A DNA stretch of 64,000 bases from an uncultured Pseudomonadota bacterium (GCA_903921785.1 CAIXRH010000045.1:4366-68365), one strand, 5' to 3'. Shown: positions 37,752 to 46,509, numbered from the stretch's first letter. Translations and numbers: made by a program. Notes: generated from the sequence alone by a model not told the origin.

Positions 37752-37752
37752 C

Positions 37753-38688
37753 GTGATCATCGGCGAGTCCCCGCTGAAGGACGCGTACCGACGGGTCATC
37801 TGGGGCCCGTGGCGGCAGGCGCTGGAGGCCGCGCCGCCGGGCTGGGACTACCGGGCAAGCCGCCGACTCGGCCGCCTCGCCGGGCGCTTCTCGGCGAGTA
37901 AGCGGGCGGAGGTGGTGGCGAACCTCGCCCGCGCCTTCCCCGGCCGCGGCGACCTCGACCGCATCGCCGTGGAGGCGTTCGGCGCCCACTTCGAGAACCA
38001 GTACGCGTCGTTCGCCTTCGGGCGCCTCGACGCGCGGACGTGGCCGCAGTGGCTGCGCTTCGAGGGGCTGGAGCACCTCGACCGCGCCGCGGCGGCCGGT
38101 GTGGGCGTGGTGCTCATGCACCCGCACATGGGCCCCGCGCAGCTGCCGCTGGCGGCGCTCGGCGCGATGGGGCGGCCGGTGCATCAGGTCGGCGGCGGGC
38201 ACGTGGAGGTGGAGCGGTCCGAGGTCGGCGAGTGGGCCCGGGCCGAACGCACCCGCCTCGAAGCCCGGATGAAGGCCACGCTCCACGACGGCACAGGCTT
38301 TCTCCGCGGCCTCGTCCGTGCGGCGACCCGGGGCGGCATCGTGCTCACCGCGTGCGACGGCACGGGGGGCGGGAAGGAGCTGGGGCGGCGCCTGCCTCGG
38401 CGAGTGCTCGGGCAGCCGATGGGCGTGCCCGTCACCGCGTTCTGGCTCGCGCGCCAGAGCGGCGCCCGGCTGCACACGCTCTACACCTCCCGGGATCCGC
38501 TGGATCCGCGGCGGCACGTGAGCGTGATCGGCGCCGAAGTCCCGGTGCTGCGCACCGGCCCGGTCGACGACGCGCTCGACGCCGGCGCCAGCTTCACCGC
38601 TGACTGGCTCACCCTGCTGCTCCAGCGGCACCCCGAAGCGTGGTTGTTCTGGGACGAATTCCGTCCCGGCGGGCTCATCGAGCCATGA
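37753..38688 (+). CDS. LpxL/HtrB-like lipid A biosynthesis (lysophospholipid) acyltransferase family protein
   Basis: Its overall pattern resembles late lipid A acyltransferases (NLARAFP, EGLEHLD, GVVLMHPHMGPAQL, LTACDGTGG). The GTG start lies 1 nt after the upstream stop. The catalytic HX4D/E is not clear-cut. Confidence 0.6.
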   Translation: MIIGESPLKDAYRRVIWGPWRQALEAAPPGWDYRASRRLGRLAGRFSASKRAEVVANLARAFPGRGDLDRIAVEAFGAHFENQYASFAFGRLDARTWPQWLRFEGLEHLDRAAAAGVGVVLMHPHMGPAQLPLAALGAMGRPVHQVGGGHVEVERSEVGEWARAERTRLEARMKATLHDGTGFLRGLVRAATRGGIVLTACDGTGGGKELGRRLPRRVLGQPMGVPVTAFWLARQSGARLHTLYTSRDPLDPRRHVSVIGAEVPVLRTGPVDDALDAGASFTADWLTLLLQRHPEAWLFWDEFRPGGLIEP

Positions 38689-40520
38689 AGCGAGTCCTCA
38701 CCGCGCTCGGGGTCTCGGCGGCCGCGCTCACGCTGCTCGCGGCGCTGGCGGTCGCCGCCGTGGACCAAGCCCACCCGATGTTCAACGACGTGCCGCTCGT
38801 AGGGGCGGTGATCGCGGGAATCGGGGCGATCCACATGCGGCTCCTCCGCGCCGGACGGGTGTGGATCGGCGTGGTCGGCGCGTGGTTCCTGGCCGCCCTC
38901 ATCTGGACGGCCACCTCAGGGGACCGGCTCGGCCCGCTCCCCGCGCGCATGGTGGTCTTCGGCGTGGACGGCGCCACCTGGGACGTGATCGACGCCGAGC
39001 GCTTGCCCAACTTCCACGCGGCGAAGGCGGAAGGCGCCTCAGGTCACCTCCTCTCCATGGAGCCGATGTTCTCGCCGCTGCTCTGGACGACGATGGCGTC
39101 CGGACGCACGGTCTCCGAACACGGGGTGCGGGGGTTCCACGTCCACAGCGACGACTGCAAGGTCGCGCGGTGGTGGGACATCGCCGAAGAAGAAGGCGAG
39201 CCGGTCGGGCTGTACAAGTGGCTGGTCGACTACCCGCCGCGGCAGCTCAAGAACGGCGGGTTCTGGGTGCCGAGCTGGCTGGCGCCCGCCACCGACACCT
39301 GGCCCGAGCGGCTGGAGGTGGTGAAGGAGGTCGAGCTGGCGAACCGGCTTCGTCGGAAGGCGGTCGGGGAGCGCGGCGGCAACGTCGACGAAGCGAAGCG
39401 GCTGGTGGCGGTGGGCGTGCGGCTCTCCACGCTGCTCCGCGCGGGCGCGTGGACCCTCGAAGACCGGCTCTTCCACCCCAGCGACGAGCGCCGCAACACG
39501 GTGATGCAGCTCATCCGCGGCGACATCGACCGGGACGTTTTCATCGCGCAGCTCTACGAAGAGCGCCCCTCCGTCGCGAGCATGAACTACTACGCAACCG
39601 ACGGGCTCGCGCACCTCTACTGGGACCACTACGCGGCGGGGGGGCCGGAGCTGCGCGCCGCCTACACCCAAGCGGACGGGATCCTCGGCGAGCTCCGCCG
39701 GCGGATGGCGCCCGGCGCGCGGCTGCTCGTGGTGAGCGACCACGGGTTCAAGGCCATGGACGGCTCCGGGGTGGCCGGTCAGTTCCTCCCGCTCACCGAG
39801 CGCCTCGCCGCGCGGCTCCGCGCCGAGGTCGGCCCCGCGGACGTGACCCGCATCGGCCACAAGCTGGTGGTCGGCACGCCCTCGGCGGAGCAGGCCGCGA
39901 AGGTGCGGGCGTGGGTGGCCACGATCACCGACTCCCGCGGCGAGCGGTTCTACAAGGACGGCGACTTCCCGGACGATCCGGGCAGCGTAGCCCTGACCCT
40001 GGTCGACGAAGAGATCTCCACGGAGCGCTTCGCGAGCGACACCGTCGGCGGGGAGCCAATCCGCGACTACGTGACCTTGACCGCCAGCTACACCGGCACC
40101 CACGACGCCCGCGGCGTGATCCTCGCCCTCGGTTCGGGAGTGACAGCGGGGGCCGACCTCGGTGACGTGCCCCTGCTCGACGTGGCGCCGACGCTGCTCG
40201 CGGGCGCGGGGCTCCCCGCCGCCGACAACATGCCCGGCAAGGCGCACGTGTGGTCCGAGCGGCCGCGGGTGGCGACCTGGGACGGGCTCATCCCCGGCCT
40301 CCACTTTCTCAACCAGGACACCGAGGGCGTCAACGACGAGGCGCTCAAGGCGCTCGGCTACGTGGATGATGGGAGCGGCAGCGCGGCGCCCGGCAGCCCG
40401 GCGCCCGGCGCGACGCCGAGCCCGACACCCGCGACCCCGGCGCCGACCCCGGCCCCGGCCCCGGTGGCCCCCGAACCAACGCCGACCACCCCGTCCGCGC
40501 CGGCCCAGACCCCTCCGTGA
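38685..40520 (+). CDS. membrane-anchored alkaline-phosphatase-family (type I phosphodiesterase/nucleotide pyrophosphatase-like) protein
   Basis: The ATG at 38685 overlaps the upstream stop (ATGA). It has N-terminal TM helices, then VVFGVDGATWDVI, MFSPLLWTTMASG and VVSDHGF. The tail is Pro/Thr/Ala-rich. Confidence 0.7.
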   Translation: MKRVLTALGVSAAALTLLAALAVAAVDQAHPMFNDVPLVGAVIAGIGAIHMRLLRAGRVWIGVVGAWFLAALIWTATSGDRLGPLPARMVVFGVDGATWDVIDAERLPNFHAAKAEGASGHLLSMEPMFSPLLWTTMASGRTVSEHGVRGFHVHSDDCKVARWWDIAEEEGEPVGLYKWLVDYPPRQLKNGGFWVPSWLAPATDTWPERLEVVKEVELANRLRRKAVGERGGNVDEAKRLVAVGVRLSTLLRAGAWTLEDRLFHPSDERRNTVMQLIRGDIDRDVFIAQLYEERPSVASMNYYATDGLAHLYWDHYAAGGPELRAAYTQADGILGELRRRMAPGARLLVVSDHGFKAMDGSGVAGQFLPLTERLAARLRAEVGPADVTRIGHKLVVGTPSAEQAAKVRAWVATITDSRGERFYKDGDFPDDPGSVALTLVDEEISTERFASDTVGGEPIRDYVTLTASYTGTHDARGVILALGSGVTAGADLGDVPLLDVAPTLLAGAGLPAADNMPGKAHVWSERPRVATWDGLIPGLHFLNQDTEGVNDEALKALGYVDDGSGSAAPGSPAPGATPSPTPATPAPTPAPAPVAPEPTPTTPSAPAQTPP

Positions 40521-41593
40521 AGCTCCTCTTCGTCGCGCGACGGTTCCCACCCGACGTGGTGAGCGGCACCGAGACGGTCTTCGCGCGGCTGCGCGAAGAG
40601 GCGCGGGCGGCCGGCCACGACGTCCACCTCGTCGCCGGCTTCCGTCGTGAGCGGGCGTACCTGCCGGCGGACGCCACCGCGGTGGACCTGCGCGGCAAGG
40701 GCGCCAGCGCGTGGGCGGCCATGGCGTTCGCGGCGGCGAAGGCGGCCCGCCGCTTCCGCCCCGACGTGGTGCTCAGCAACTCGATCGAGGTGCGGGTGCC
40801 GGGCGTGCCGACGGTCACGATCGTGCACGACCTGAACTTCGGGGGCGCGGGCGCGGGCCTGGGCGCGTTCGCGAAGCGGCAGTTCTACCTGCTGCAAGGT
40901 CGCGGACTGGCGCGAATCGTCGCAGTGAGCGAGGTCACTCGGCAGGCGCTGCTCGGCGCGGGCGTGCCAGCCGGGAAGGTCGTCGCCATCCCCAACGGGG
41001 TGGACCTCGCCCGGTTCGTGCCGGCGCCGCGGCCGGCGGACGGGAAGGTGCGGCTGGTGCAGGTGAGCCGGATCCTCCCGGGGAAGGGTCAACACTGCGC
41101 GCTCGACGCCCTCGGCCGCATGCGCCCGGACCAACGCCGCAACGTGCGCCTCGCGATCGTCGGCACCGTCGCCGACGCGGTGTACGCGGAGCAGCTGAGG
41201 GTCCAGGCGTGGAACCTCCCGGTGGACCTGCACTTCGACGTGCCGGACGTGGTGCCGCACTACCAGTCGGCGGACATCGCCCTGTTCCCCACGCGGATGC
41301 CCGAAGGGTTCGGCTACGCGGCGGTGGAGGCGATGGCGTGCGGGCTCCCGGTCGTCGGCTTCGCGGACCCGGCCGTGGCGGAAGCGACGGGCGGGCTCGC
41401 CGAGTTGGTCCCCCGGGACGACGTGCCCGCGCTCCGGGACGCGCTCTTGCGGCTCATCGCGGACCCCGCCGAGCGAGCGCGACGCGGCGCGGCAGGTCGG
41501 GCGTTCGTCGAGCGGTATCGGTGGGCGGAGACCTGGCGGCGGTATGAGGATTGCCTCCGGTCTTCAAAAGATGAGGCCAGGTTCAGCTCCTGA
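40517..41593 (+). CDS. GT4-family (GT-B) glycosyltransferase
   Basis: It begins MKLLFVARRFPPDVVSGTE and has the C-terminal E-x7-E region MPEGFGYAAVEAMACGLPVV. The GTG start overlaps the upstream stop (GTGA). Confidence 0.85.
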   Translation: MKLLFVARRFPPDVVSGTETVFARLREEARAAGHDVHLVAGFRRERAYLPADATAVDLRGKGASAWAAMAFAAAKAARRFRPDVVLSNSIEVRVPGVPTVTIVHDLNFGGAGAGLGAFAKRQFYLLQGRGLARIVAVSEVTRQALLGAGVPAGKVVAIPNGVDLARFVPAPRPADGKVRLVQVSRILPGKGQHCALDALGRMRPDQRRNVRLAIVGTVADAVYAEQLRVQAWNLPVDLHFDVPDVVPHYQSADIALFPTRMPEGFGYAAVEAMACGLPVVGFADPAVAEATGGLAELVPRDDVPALRDALLRLIADPAERARRGAAGRAFVERYRWAETWRRYEDCLRSSKDEARFSS

Positions 41594-41650
41594 GGGTGGG
41601 TTCACCTCCCGGCCCGGCCCCACCCTCGCGAGCCAGGACCGGCGTCGGCG
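41594..41650 (-). repeat. repeat family B, copy 2 (inverted)
   Basis: The reverse complement reads CGCCGACGCCGGTCCTGGCTCGCGAGGGTGGGGCCGGGCCGGGAGGTGAACCCACCC. It begins immediately after the GT4 stop codon. Confidence 0.7.
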
Positions 41651-41681
41651 TGGTCCGTGATTCCGTGCTTAGCAATGCGGG

Positions 41682-43283
41682 ATGCACGAGGCACACACCC
41701 GGCGGACGTACACCATCCTGGCCGTGATCGGGCAGGGGGGCTGCGGTCGGGTGTACCGCGCGAACATGGACGGCGCGGACGGCTTCCGGAAGGAAGTGGC
41801 GGTCAAGCTGATGCGCGAGGACACGATGGACGGGGACGCGTTGATGCGCTTTCGCGACGAAGCCCGCATCCTCGGGCTCGTCCGCGACCGGGCGATCGTG
41901 AGCGCGGACCCGCCGACCCGCCTCAACGGTCGGCTGGCGATCGTGATGGAGTACGTGGAAGGCGCCTCCGCCGCCACCTTGTTGAAGTCCCAGGCGTTCC
42001 CGCCGACGGTCGCCCTGGAGCTGATCCAGGAGGTGGCCCGGGTGCTCGACAAGGTGGTGAAACACCCCGGCCCCGACGGTCACCCCCTCAACCTGCTTCA
42101 TCGAGACCTAAAACCAGCCAACCTCCAGATCACGCCCGGCGGCGAGCTGAAGGTGCTCGACTTCGGGATCGCCCGGGCCACCTTCGACGCGCGCGAGGCG
42201 CTCACGACGGCGAACGTGGCCGGGACCATCGGCTACATGGCGCCGGAGCGGCTTTCGGGCGTCGAGGCGCCGGCCGGCGACATCTACTCCCTTGGCGTGG
42301 TGCTGCGGGTGCTGGTCACGCGCGACAAGGTGGTCACCCACGGCGTATTTCGGGAGCGCGGGCCCCCCGTTGAGCGTACGGCCGCCGTCGAGGCGGTCCT
42401 GGCCCTGGCGGCCGAGATGTCCCACGTGGATCCCGCCTCGCGGCCGACGGCGCGTCAGGTCGAGGACCGCTGCCAGGAGCTCCGCGTCCGGTTCGCCGGG
42501 ATCACGCTGCGAACGTGGGCGGAGGCCCACGCGCCGGCGTCCTCCACCCTCGAGCCAGACGACCTCGTCGGGGCGACGCTCTCCGAGACCATCGCCACCT
42601 CGAGCAAGATCGCGCCCGGCGCGGCGCCTCCGCCGCATCGTGGGGCGGGCGGGACGTGGCGCACGTTCTTCCTGCTCGCCGCGTCCGCAGCGCTGGTCAC
42701 CGCCGCGACGGCGGCCGCCGTCGTGATGGTCGTCCCCCTGGGGTCCGCCCCCGCGGCAGCGCCCACGGGGACGGTGCCACTCCCGAACCACCCGCCTGGG
42801 GCGGAGACCGTCCCGCGGATCGAACCTCCACCCGCACCGGCGCCGGCGCCGCCCGTAGCCCCGGCCGCGGCGGCACCCGCCCCGATCGAGCCGCGCAGGG
42901 CCAAGGCAATCCCGGCTGGGCCGCCCGCGGAGCAGCCGGTGCGGATCCCGGTCATCCCCCCGGTCGCGGCCGCGGTCCCGGTCACCGCGGCGGTGGAGCC
43001 GCCGTCGGTGCCGGTCGCGGAAGCGCCGAAGGTCCCCGCGGCGGCCGGACCGCAGTGGAAGGTCACGTTCGCCTCGGTGCCGGGCGGCGCGGAGGTGTTC
43101 GTCGATGGCGTCCGGCTCGGCACCGCGCCGGTGCTGAACCACGCTTTCCCGGCTGGATCCTTCGAAGTGAGGATGCGGTACCCCGACGGCCAGAGCATCA
43201 TCCGCACCATTGAAACCGGCGATCATTCACCCCGACGCTACGTCTGGGATCAACTCGGGGGCGGCACGTGGAACTCGTTCTGA
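41682..43283 (+). CDS. Ser/Thr protein kinase with TM segment, Pro/Ala-rich linker and C-terminal PEGA domain
   Basis: Hanks motifs are present: GQGGCGRVY, VAVKL, HRDLKPANL, DFG, GTIGYMAPE. The TM segment is FFLLAASAALVTAATAAAVVMVV. The PEGA-like end reads FASVPGGAEVFVDGVRLGTAPV. Confidence 0.85.
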   Translation: MHEAHTRRTYTILAVIGQGGCGRVYRANMDGADGFRKEVAVKLMREDTMDGDALMRFRDEARILGLVRDRAIVSADPPTRLNGRLAIVMEYVEGASAATLLKSQAFPPTVALELIQEVARVLDKVVKHPGPDGHPLNLLHRDLKPANLQITPGGELKVLDFGIARATFDAREALTTANVAGTIGYMAPERLSGVEAPAGDIYSLGVVLRVLVTRDKVVTHGVFRERGPPVERTAAVEAVLALAAEMSHVDPASRPTARQVEDRCQELRVRFAGITLRTWAEAHAPASSTLEPDDLVGATLSETIATSSKIAPGAAPPPHRGAGGTWRTFFLLAASAALVTAATAAAVVMVVPLGSAPAAAPTGTVPLPNHPPGAETVPRIEPPPAPAPAPPVAPAAAAPAPIEPRRAKAIPAGPPAEQPVRIPVIPPVAAAVPVTAAVEPPSVPVAEAPKVPAAAGPQWKVTFASVPGGAEVFVDGVRLGTAPVLNHAFPAGSFEVRMRYPDGQSIIRTIETGDHSPRRYVWDQLGGGTWNSF

Positions 43284-44374
43284 ATTGTCCGGACGCGGCC
43301 GAGGCCGTAGACGCGGCGGAGCGGCTCGTCCTGTTCGCTGACCTCGAGCGAGGAAAGGAGGCGCTCGTCCTGGTTGAAGCGGCCTTCGCCTGCGGCCCGC
43401 CCGCGGACGCGGCCACCCTGGCGCGGATGTGGATCGTCGAAGGTGCGCTTTTGACCGACGCCGGGGACCCTGCCGGAGGCTCCGCGCTCTACGCTTCCGC
43501 GCGCCGGACCGGTCCGGGGGTGTGGATCGCCGCGTTCGGCCCGGAGAAGCAAGCCCAATACGAGGCGGCGGCGCTGCCGCGCGGCGCCGGGACCCTGACC
43601 CTCGACGGGACGGCGGGCACCCGCGGCACCACCTGGGTGGACGGCGGTGTGGTGGAGGTTCCAAGCCTGATTTCGGCGGGCGCGCACCTGGTCCAGTACG
43701 GCGCCGACGGCCACGTACGGTTCGCGCAGGTCGTCGTCGTGTCCGACGCCCAGGTCCTTCACGTCCTGGTTCCCCCGGACCCGCACCCGACGCCACTCGC
43801 GCCGACACCCGTGACCCCGGAGGTGCCGCTCGCCCGACCGCCGATCGTACTGGCTCCGCCGAGTGTTCCCACGGGGACGCACCCGTACGTCCACCTCGGC
43901 GTGGGCACCGACCTGTCGTTCGGCGGCGGGCTCGACGGACCGATGGAGTTCGGCATGAACGACGCCGGGATGACCGTGAGGCTGCCTCTGGAGCTCGGCG
44001 GCGGCGCCGCCGGCAGGCATGGCTGGGTCCGGGCCGCGGTCTCTGCCGCGCCCGTGCTCAGCGGCGCGGCGACCTCCCCGTTCGAAGCGGGGGGGCACCT
44101 CGCCGGGGGGGTGTGCGTCGGCCCCGTCGATATCGGCCTGCTCGGCGGCTATTCCTGGTCGGAGGTCCTCACGACACGGGTCGTGCTCGGGGTGGTCCTC
44201 CCGGGGGCCCCGATCGAGCTGGAGGTGAGGGCCGGGCTGAACGTCGGCGCGGACGCGACGCTCGAACGGGCGGCGAGCGTGGTGATCGCGTTCCCCGGCA
44301 CGCGCCGCATCCAACGACGGCACCCGGCCGTCGGGGGTCCGCCCAAAATACCGCCGGTCGCCGCTCAACCCTGA
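43268..44374 (+). CDS. hypothetical protein
   Basis: Track ORF of 368 aa with a GTG start overlapping the kinase gene by 16 nt. Composition is plausible. The N-terminal half is helical-looking and the C-terminal half is Gly/Val-rich and strand-like. I recognise no family. Confidence 0.5.
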   Translation: MELVLNCPDAAEAVDAAERLVLFADLERGKEALVLVEAAFACGPPADAATLARMWIVEGALLTDAGDPAGGSALYASARRTGPGVWIAAFGPEKQAQYEAAALPRGAGTLTLDGTAGTRGTTWVDGGVVEVPSLISAGAHLVQYGADGHVRFAQVVVVSDAQVLHVLVPPDPHPTPLAPTPVTPEVPLARPPIVLAPPSVPTGTHPYVHLGVGTDLSFGGGLDGPMEFGMNDAGMTVRLPLELGGGAAGRHGWVRAAVSAAPVLSGAATSPFEAGGHLAGGVCVGPVDIGLLGGYSWSEVLTTRVVLGVVLPGAPIELEVRAGLNVGADATLERAASVVIAFPGTRRIQRRHPAVGGPPKIPPVAAQP

Positions 44375-44400
44375 CCGGTCCGGGCGGAGGGGCCATACCG

Positions 44401-44684
44401 ACCGGCCGTGATCACCGCTCGCCCGGCGAGGACGCGGCGCCGGGGGAGCGGGATTCCCGGCGTCGCGAGTTGCGCCACTGTTGCCTCGGCGAGCATGAGG
44501 GTTGGCGCTGGGTCCTGCCGCCACGAGCGCCCGGCCCTCGCTGCGCTCGGCCGGTTCGCCCGTGACGTCACACGCATGGCCCACTTCCGGGCCCGTCGCC
44601 TCACCCTGAACCGTCGGCGAACAACGGAAAGGTTTTCACGCGACGCCGGGAAGCCCGCTGTTGCTGGCTGCACGGGCTCGCTCC
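44401..44684 (-). repeat. repeat family A, copy 2 (inverted, long form)
   Basis: The reverse complement aligns with 7564-7844 along its whole length, including the GTGACGTCAC palindrome (44563-44572 region) and both 20-nt complementary arms. Confidence 0.85.
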
Positions 44685-44700
44685 GCGTCGCCGCTCGGGC

Positions 44701-44836
44701 GGAGGGGTCAGGCCGATCGTATTCGATTTCGGCGGGCACCTCCCCGCCGGAAGCCTGCGACGGCGGCATCCGGTCGCCGATCCGGGGTGAAAATGAAACG
44801 CGATCGGCCTGACCCCCTCGGTTGACCCCCTCGGTT
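44701..44836. repeat. 19-bp inverted repeat pair bracketing 81 nt, plus a perfect 13-bp tandem duplication
   Basis: GGAGGGGTCAGGCCGATCG (44701-44719) faces CGATCGGCCTGACCCCCTC (44801-44819), with 16 contiguous perfect pairs. GACCCCCTCGGTT is repeated in tandem at 44811-44823 and 44824-44836. Confidence 0.7.
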
Positions 44837-44876
44837 GGGGGAGCTACGCTCTCGCTGATCCAGGCGGTCCGACCTC

Positions 44877-45281
44877 GTGACCACGGCCCCCTCCCCTCGC
44901 CGTCGCCCGTCCCGCCGCGCGTTTGCGCTGGCCGCGCTGGCGCTGGTGACGCTCGCGGCCGCCGGGGCGTGGGCCGCACGCCAGCCCGCGAAGACCATCG
45001 CCGGCTGCGGCGACCCCTGGCGCGCGGAGAACGCCGGCGACTGCCAGGTGCGGCTTGTGATGGAGGCCTGGGACAGGGACCCCCTCGAGGGGGAGGCCAC
45101 GCTGAACAGGCTGACGCCGGGCGACGAGAAGGACCGGGTCGTCTGGATCGTCGCGCGTGCGACGACCAAACAAACCTCAGCCATCTGCCGGCAGATTGGC
45201 GACCCCCAGCTGCGCCGGGAGTGTGATGCCCTCTGGCGCCCCTGGCTCCTCCGTCCCGCCAACAGCCAGCCGAGCCCCTGA
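44877..45281 (+). CDS. small hypothetical exported or anchored protein (134 aa)
   Basis: GTG start. It has an Arg-rich N-terminus, then the hydrophobic FALAALALVTLAAAGAWA, and four Cys in the mature part. Confidence 0.5.
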   Translation: MTTAPSPRRRPSRRAFALAALALVTLAAAGAWAARQPAKTIAGCGDPWRAENAGDCQVRLVMEAWDRDPLEGEATLNRLTPGDEKDRVVWIVARATTKQTSAICRQIGDPQLRRECDALWRPWLLRPANSQPSP

Positions 45282-45576
45282 CCTCCCCCTCGCCCACCGC
45301 GCACGGGACCTCACGCGCACCGCCGTGCCCGCCCCATCCATGAAGAGCGGGGTTCACCTCGTCTCCGACGAGACCGGCGATCGCGCGCTGACCGGGTACG
45401 TCGATCGGACAATCCGCACGTTCCACTTCCCGAGTCCGCGCACGGCCACCGCGACGGGGTACGCCTGGGCCGTGGCTCCATGGGGCTGAACGCCTCGCCC
45501 GGCTCTTGGTCGACCGTCGGCCCCCGCCGAAGCGGGCGCTACGCTAACGCTCGCGCCCGGCTCGGCTCACTTTTCT

Positions 45577-45646
45577 GCCGGTTGTAGTTCGGCTTCGGTC
45601 GGGGGCGGGTCGGTAACCCGCGCCCTCGGTCAGCCGTACAACCGGC
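45577..45646. other. 70-nt extended hairpin (possible sRNA or terminator-like structure)
   Basis: A perfect 10-bp outer stem GCCGGTTGTA (45577-45586) / TACAACCGGC (45637-45646) encloses further pairings (GGCT..AGCC, GGGCGGGT..ACCCGCGCCC). It lies in a gene-free 410-nt gap. Confidence 0.4.
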
Positions 45647-45900
45647 GACGCGGGGTGGGCCAGCCCGGCTTGCGGTGAACGATTCCAGCCACTTGGGTGA
45701 CGCCTGTTTGCGCAGCGCCCGGGCTGGCCCCCCGGACTCCGCCCCGGCGGCCACGACCGGGGGGCGTTGCGGGGGGCCCCCGGCCCCCCGCCCCAAGATC
45801 AACGGCTGGAAATCGCGGACCCTACGCGCCACCGGACCGCACGCCGACCGCGCGACCGCGCCGCCTGGATGCTATCGTCCACCTCGGTCCCGGAGCTCCG

Positions 45901-46482
45901 ATGCGCCTCTTCCCCGCCTTCGCCCTCGTCGCGTGCACGACGCCCACGACCTCCGACAACACCGCCACGGACACCGCGGACACCGCGTCGGGCGACACCG
46001 CCGTCACCGACACGGCCGACTCTGGCGACACCGCCGACACAGCGGACACCTCCGACACCGGGGACACTGCCGACACCTCGGACACCGGAGCGGTCAACTA
46101 CCTAGCTGGAAACTGGTCCGGGACGCTCCACCTCGACGTGACCGAGGGCGGGTTCGCCGTGCTCACCGGGAGCTGCGAGGGGGCGCTCGCGGTGTCCATT
46201 CCGGAGGACGAGACCCAGGTGCCGCCGGGCACCGGCGCCCTCACCTGCACCACCGGCACGACCAGCGAGTCCACCTGGACCCTGGTCGGCGAGGCGCTCT
46301 CCGGGGCCACCTGGAGCGGCACCGCCACCGTGGCCGTGAGCGGATGGCCCAGCGGCACCGCCCACTTCTCCGGACGGTCCGAGCGGGGCACCCTCGCCCT
46401 GGACGTGGACGCCGGCGGCATGACCCAGGGCGACTGGTCCTACGGCTGGGCGGCCAGCAGCGTGTCGCTCTTCCACGAGTGA
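45901..46482 (+). CDS. lipoprotein with Asp/Thr-rich repeat linker
   Basis: The ATG at 45901 lies within track ORF 45697..46482 and gives MRLFPAFALVACTTP (lipobox). DTADT/DTSDTG repeats follow (DNA GACACC-type hexamer repeats, about 45957-46090), then a Trp/Gly/Thr-rich globular part. Confidence 0.7.
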   Translation: MRLFPAFALVACTTPTTSDNTATDTADTASGDTAVTDTADSGDTADTADTSDTGDTADTSDTGAVNYLAGNWSGTLHLDVTEGGFAVLTGSCEGALAVSIPEDETQVPPGTGALTCTTGTTSESTWTLVGEALSGATWSGTATVAVSGWPSGTAHFSGRSERGTLALDVDAGGMTQGDWSYGWAASSVSLFHE

Positions 46483-46509
46483 GCGGGCCGGCGCCCGACC
46501 CTGCGTCGG

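Noticed and set aside
35856-37799. Long antisense or out-of-frame ORFs over the envelope operon and neighbours (e.g. 35856..37799 -, 39039..40550 -, 47046..48779 -, 48949..50613 -, 55657..57486 -, 58724..60004 -, 60452..61846 +)
   Set aside because: Each overlaps a gene with clear family motifs on the other strand or frame. Each has an Arg/Gly/Pro/His-dominated composition and lacks any motif I recognise.
43250-44584. 444-aa minus-strand ORF starting inside repeat A copy 2
   Set aside because: It is antisense to the 43268..44374 ORF and is Arg/Gly/Pro/His-rich. Its N-terminus is encoded by the repeat itself, so it is not a credible gene downstream of the repeat.
45340-45489. 49-aa ORF MKSGVHLVSDETGDRALTGYVDRTIRTFHFPSPRTATATGYAWAVAPWG
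   Set aside because: It is vaguely reminiscent of C-terminal domains of myxobacterial AgmX/TonB-like proteins. It is too short, lacks an SD or promoter and has no upstream partner in frame. It could be a gene remnant, so I do not report it as a feature.
45957-46090. Tandem GACACC-type hexamer repeats as a possible CRISPR or non-coding satellite
   Set aside because: They lie inside a good lipoprotein ORF and encode an Asp/Thr-rich linker (DTADTSDTGDT). There is no repeat-spacer architecture. No CRISPR array is present anywhere in the window.
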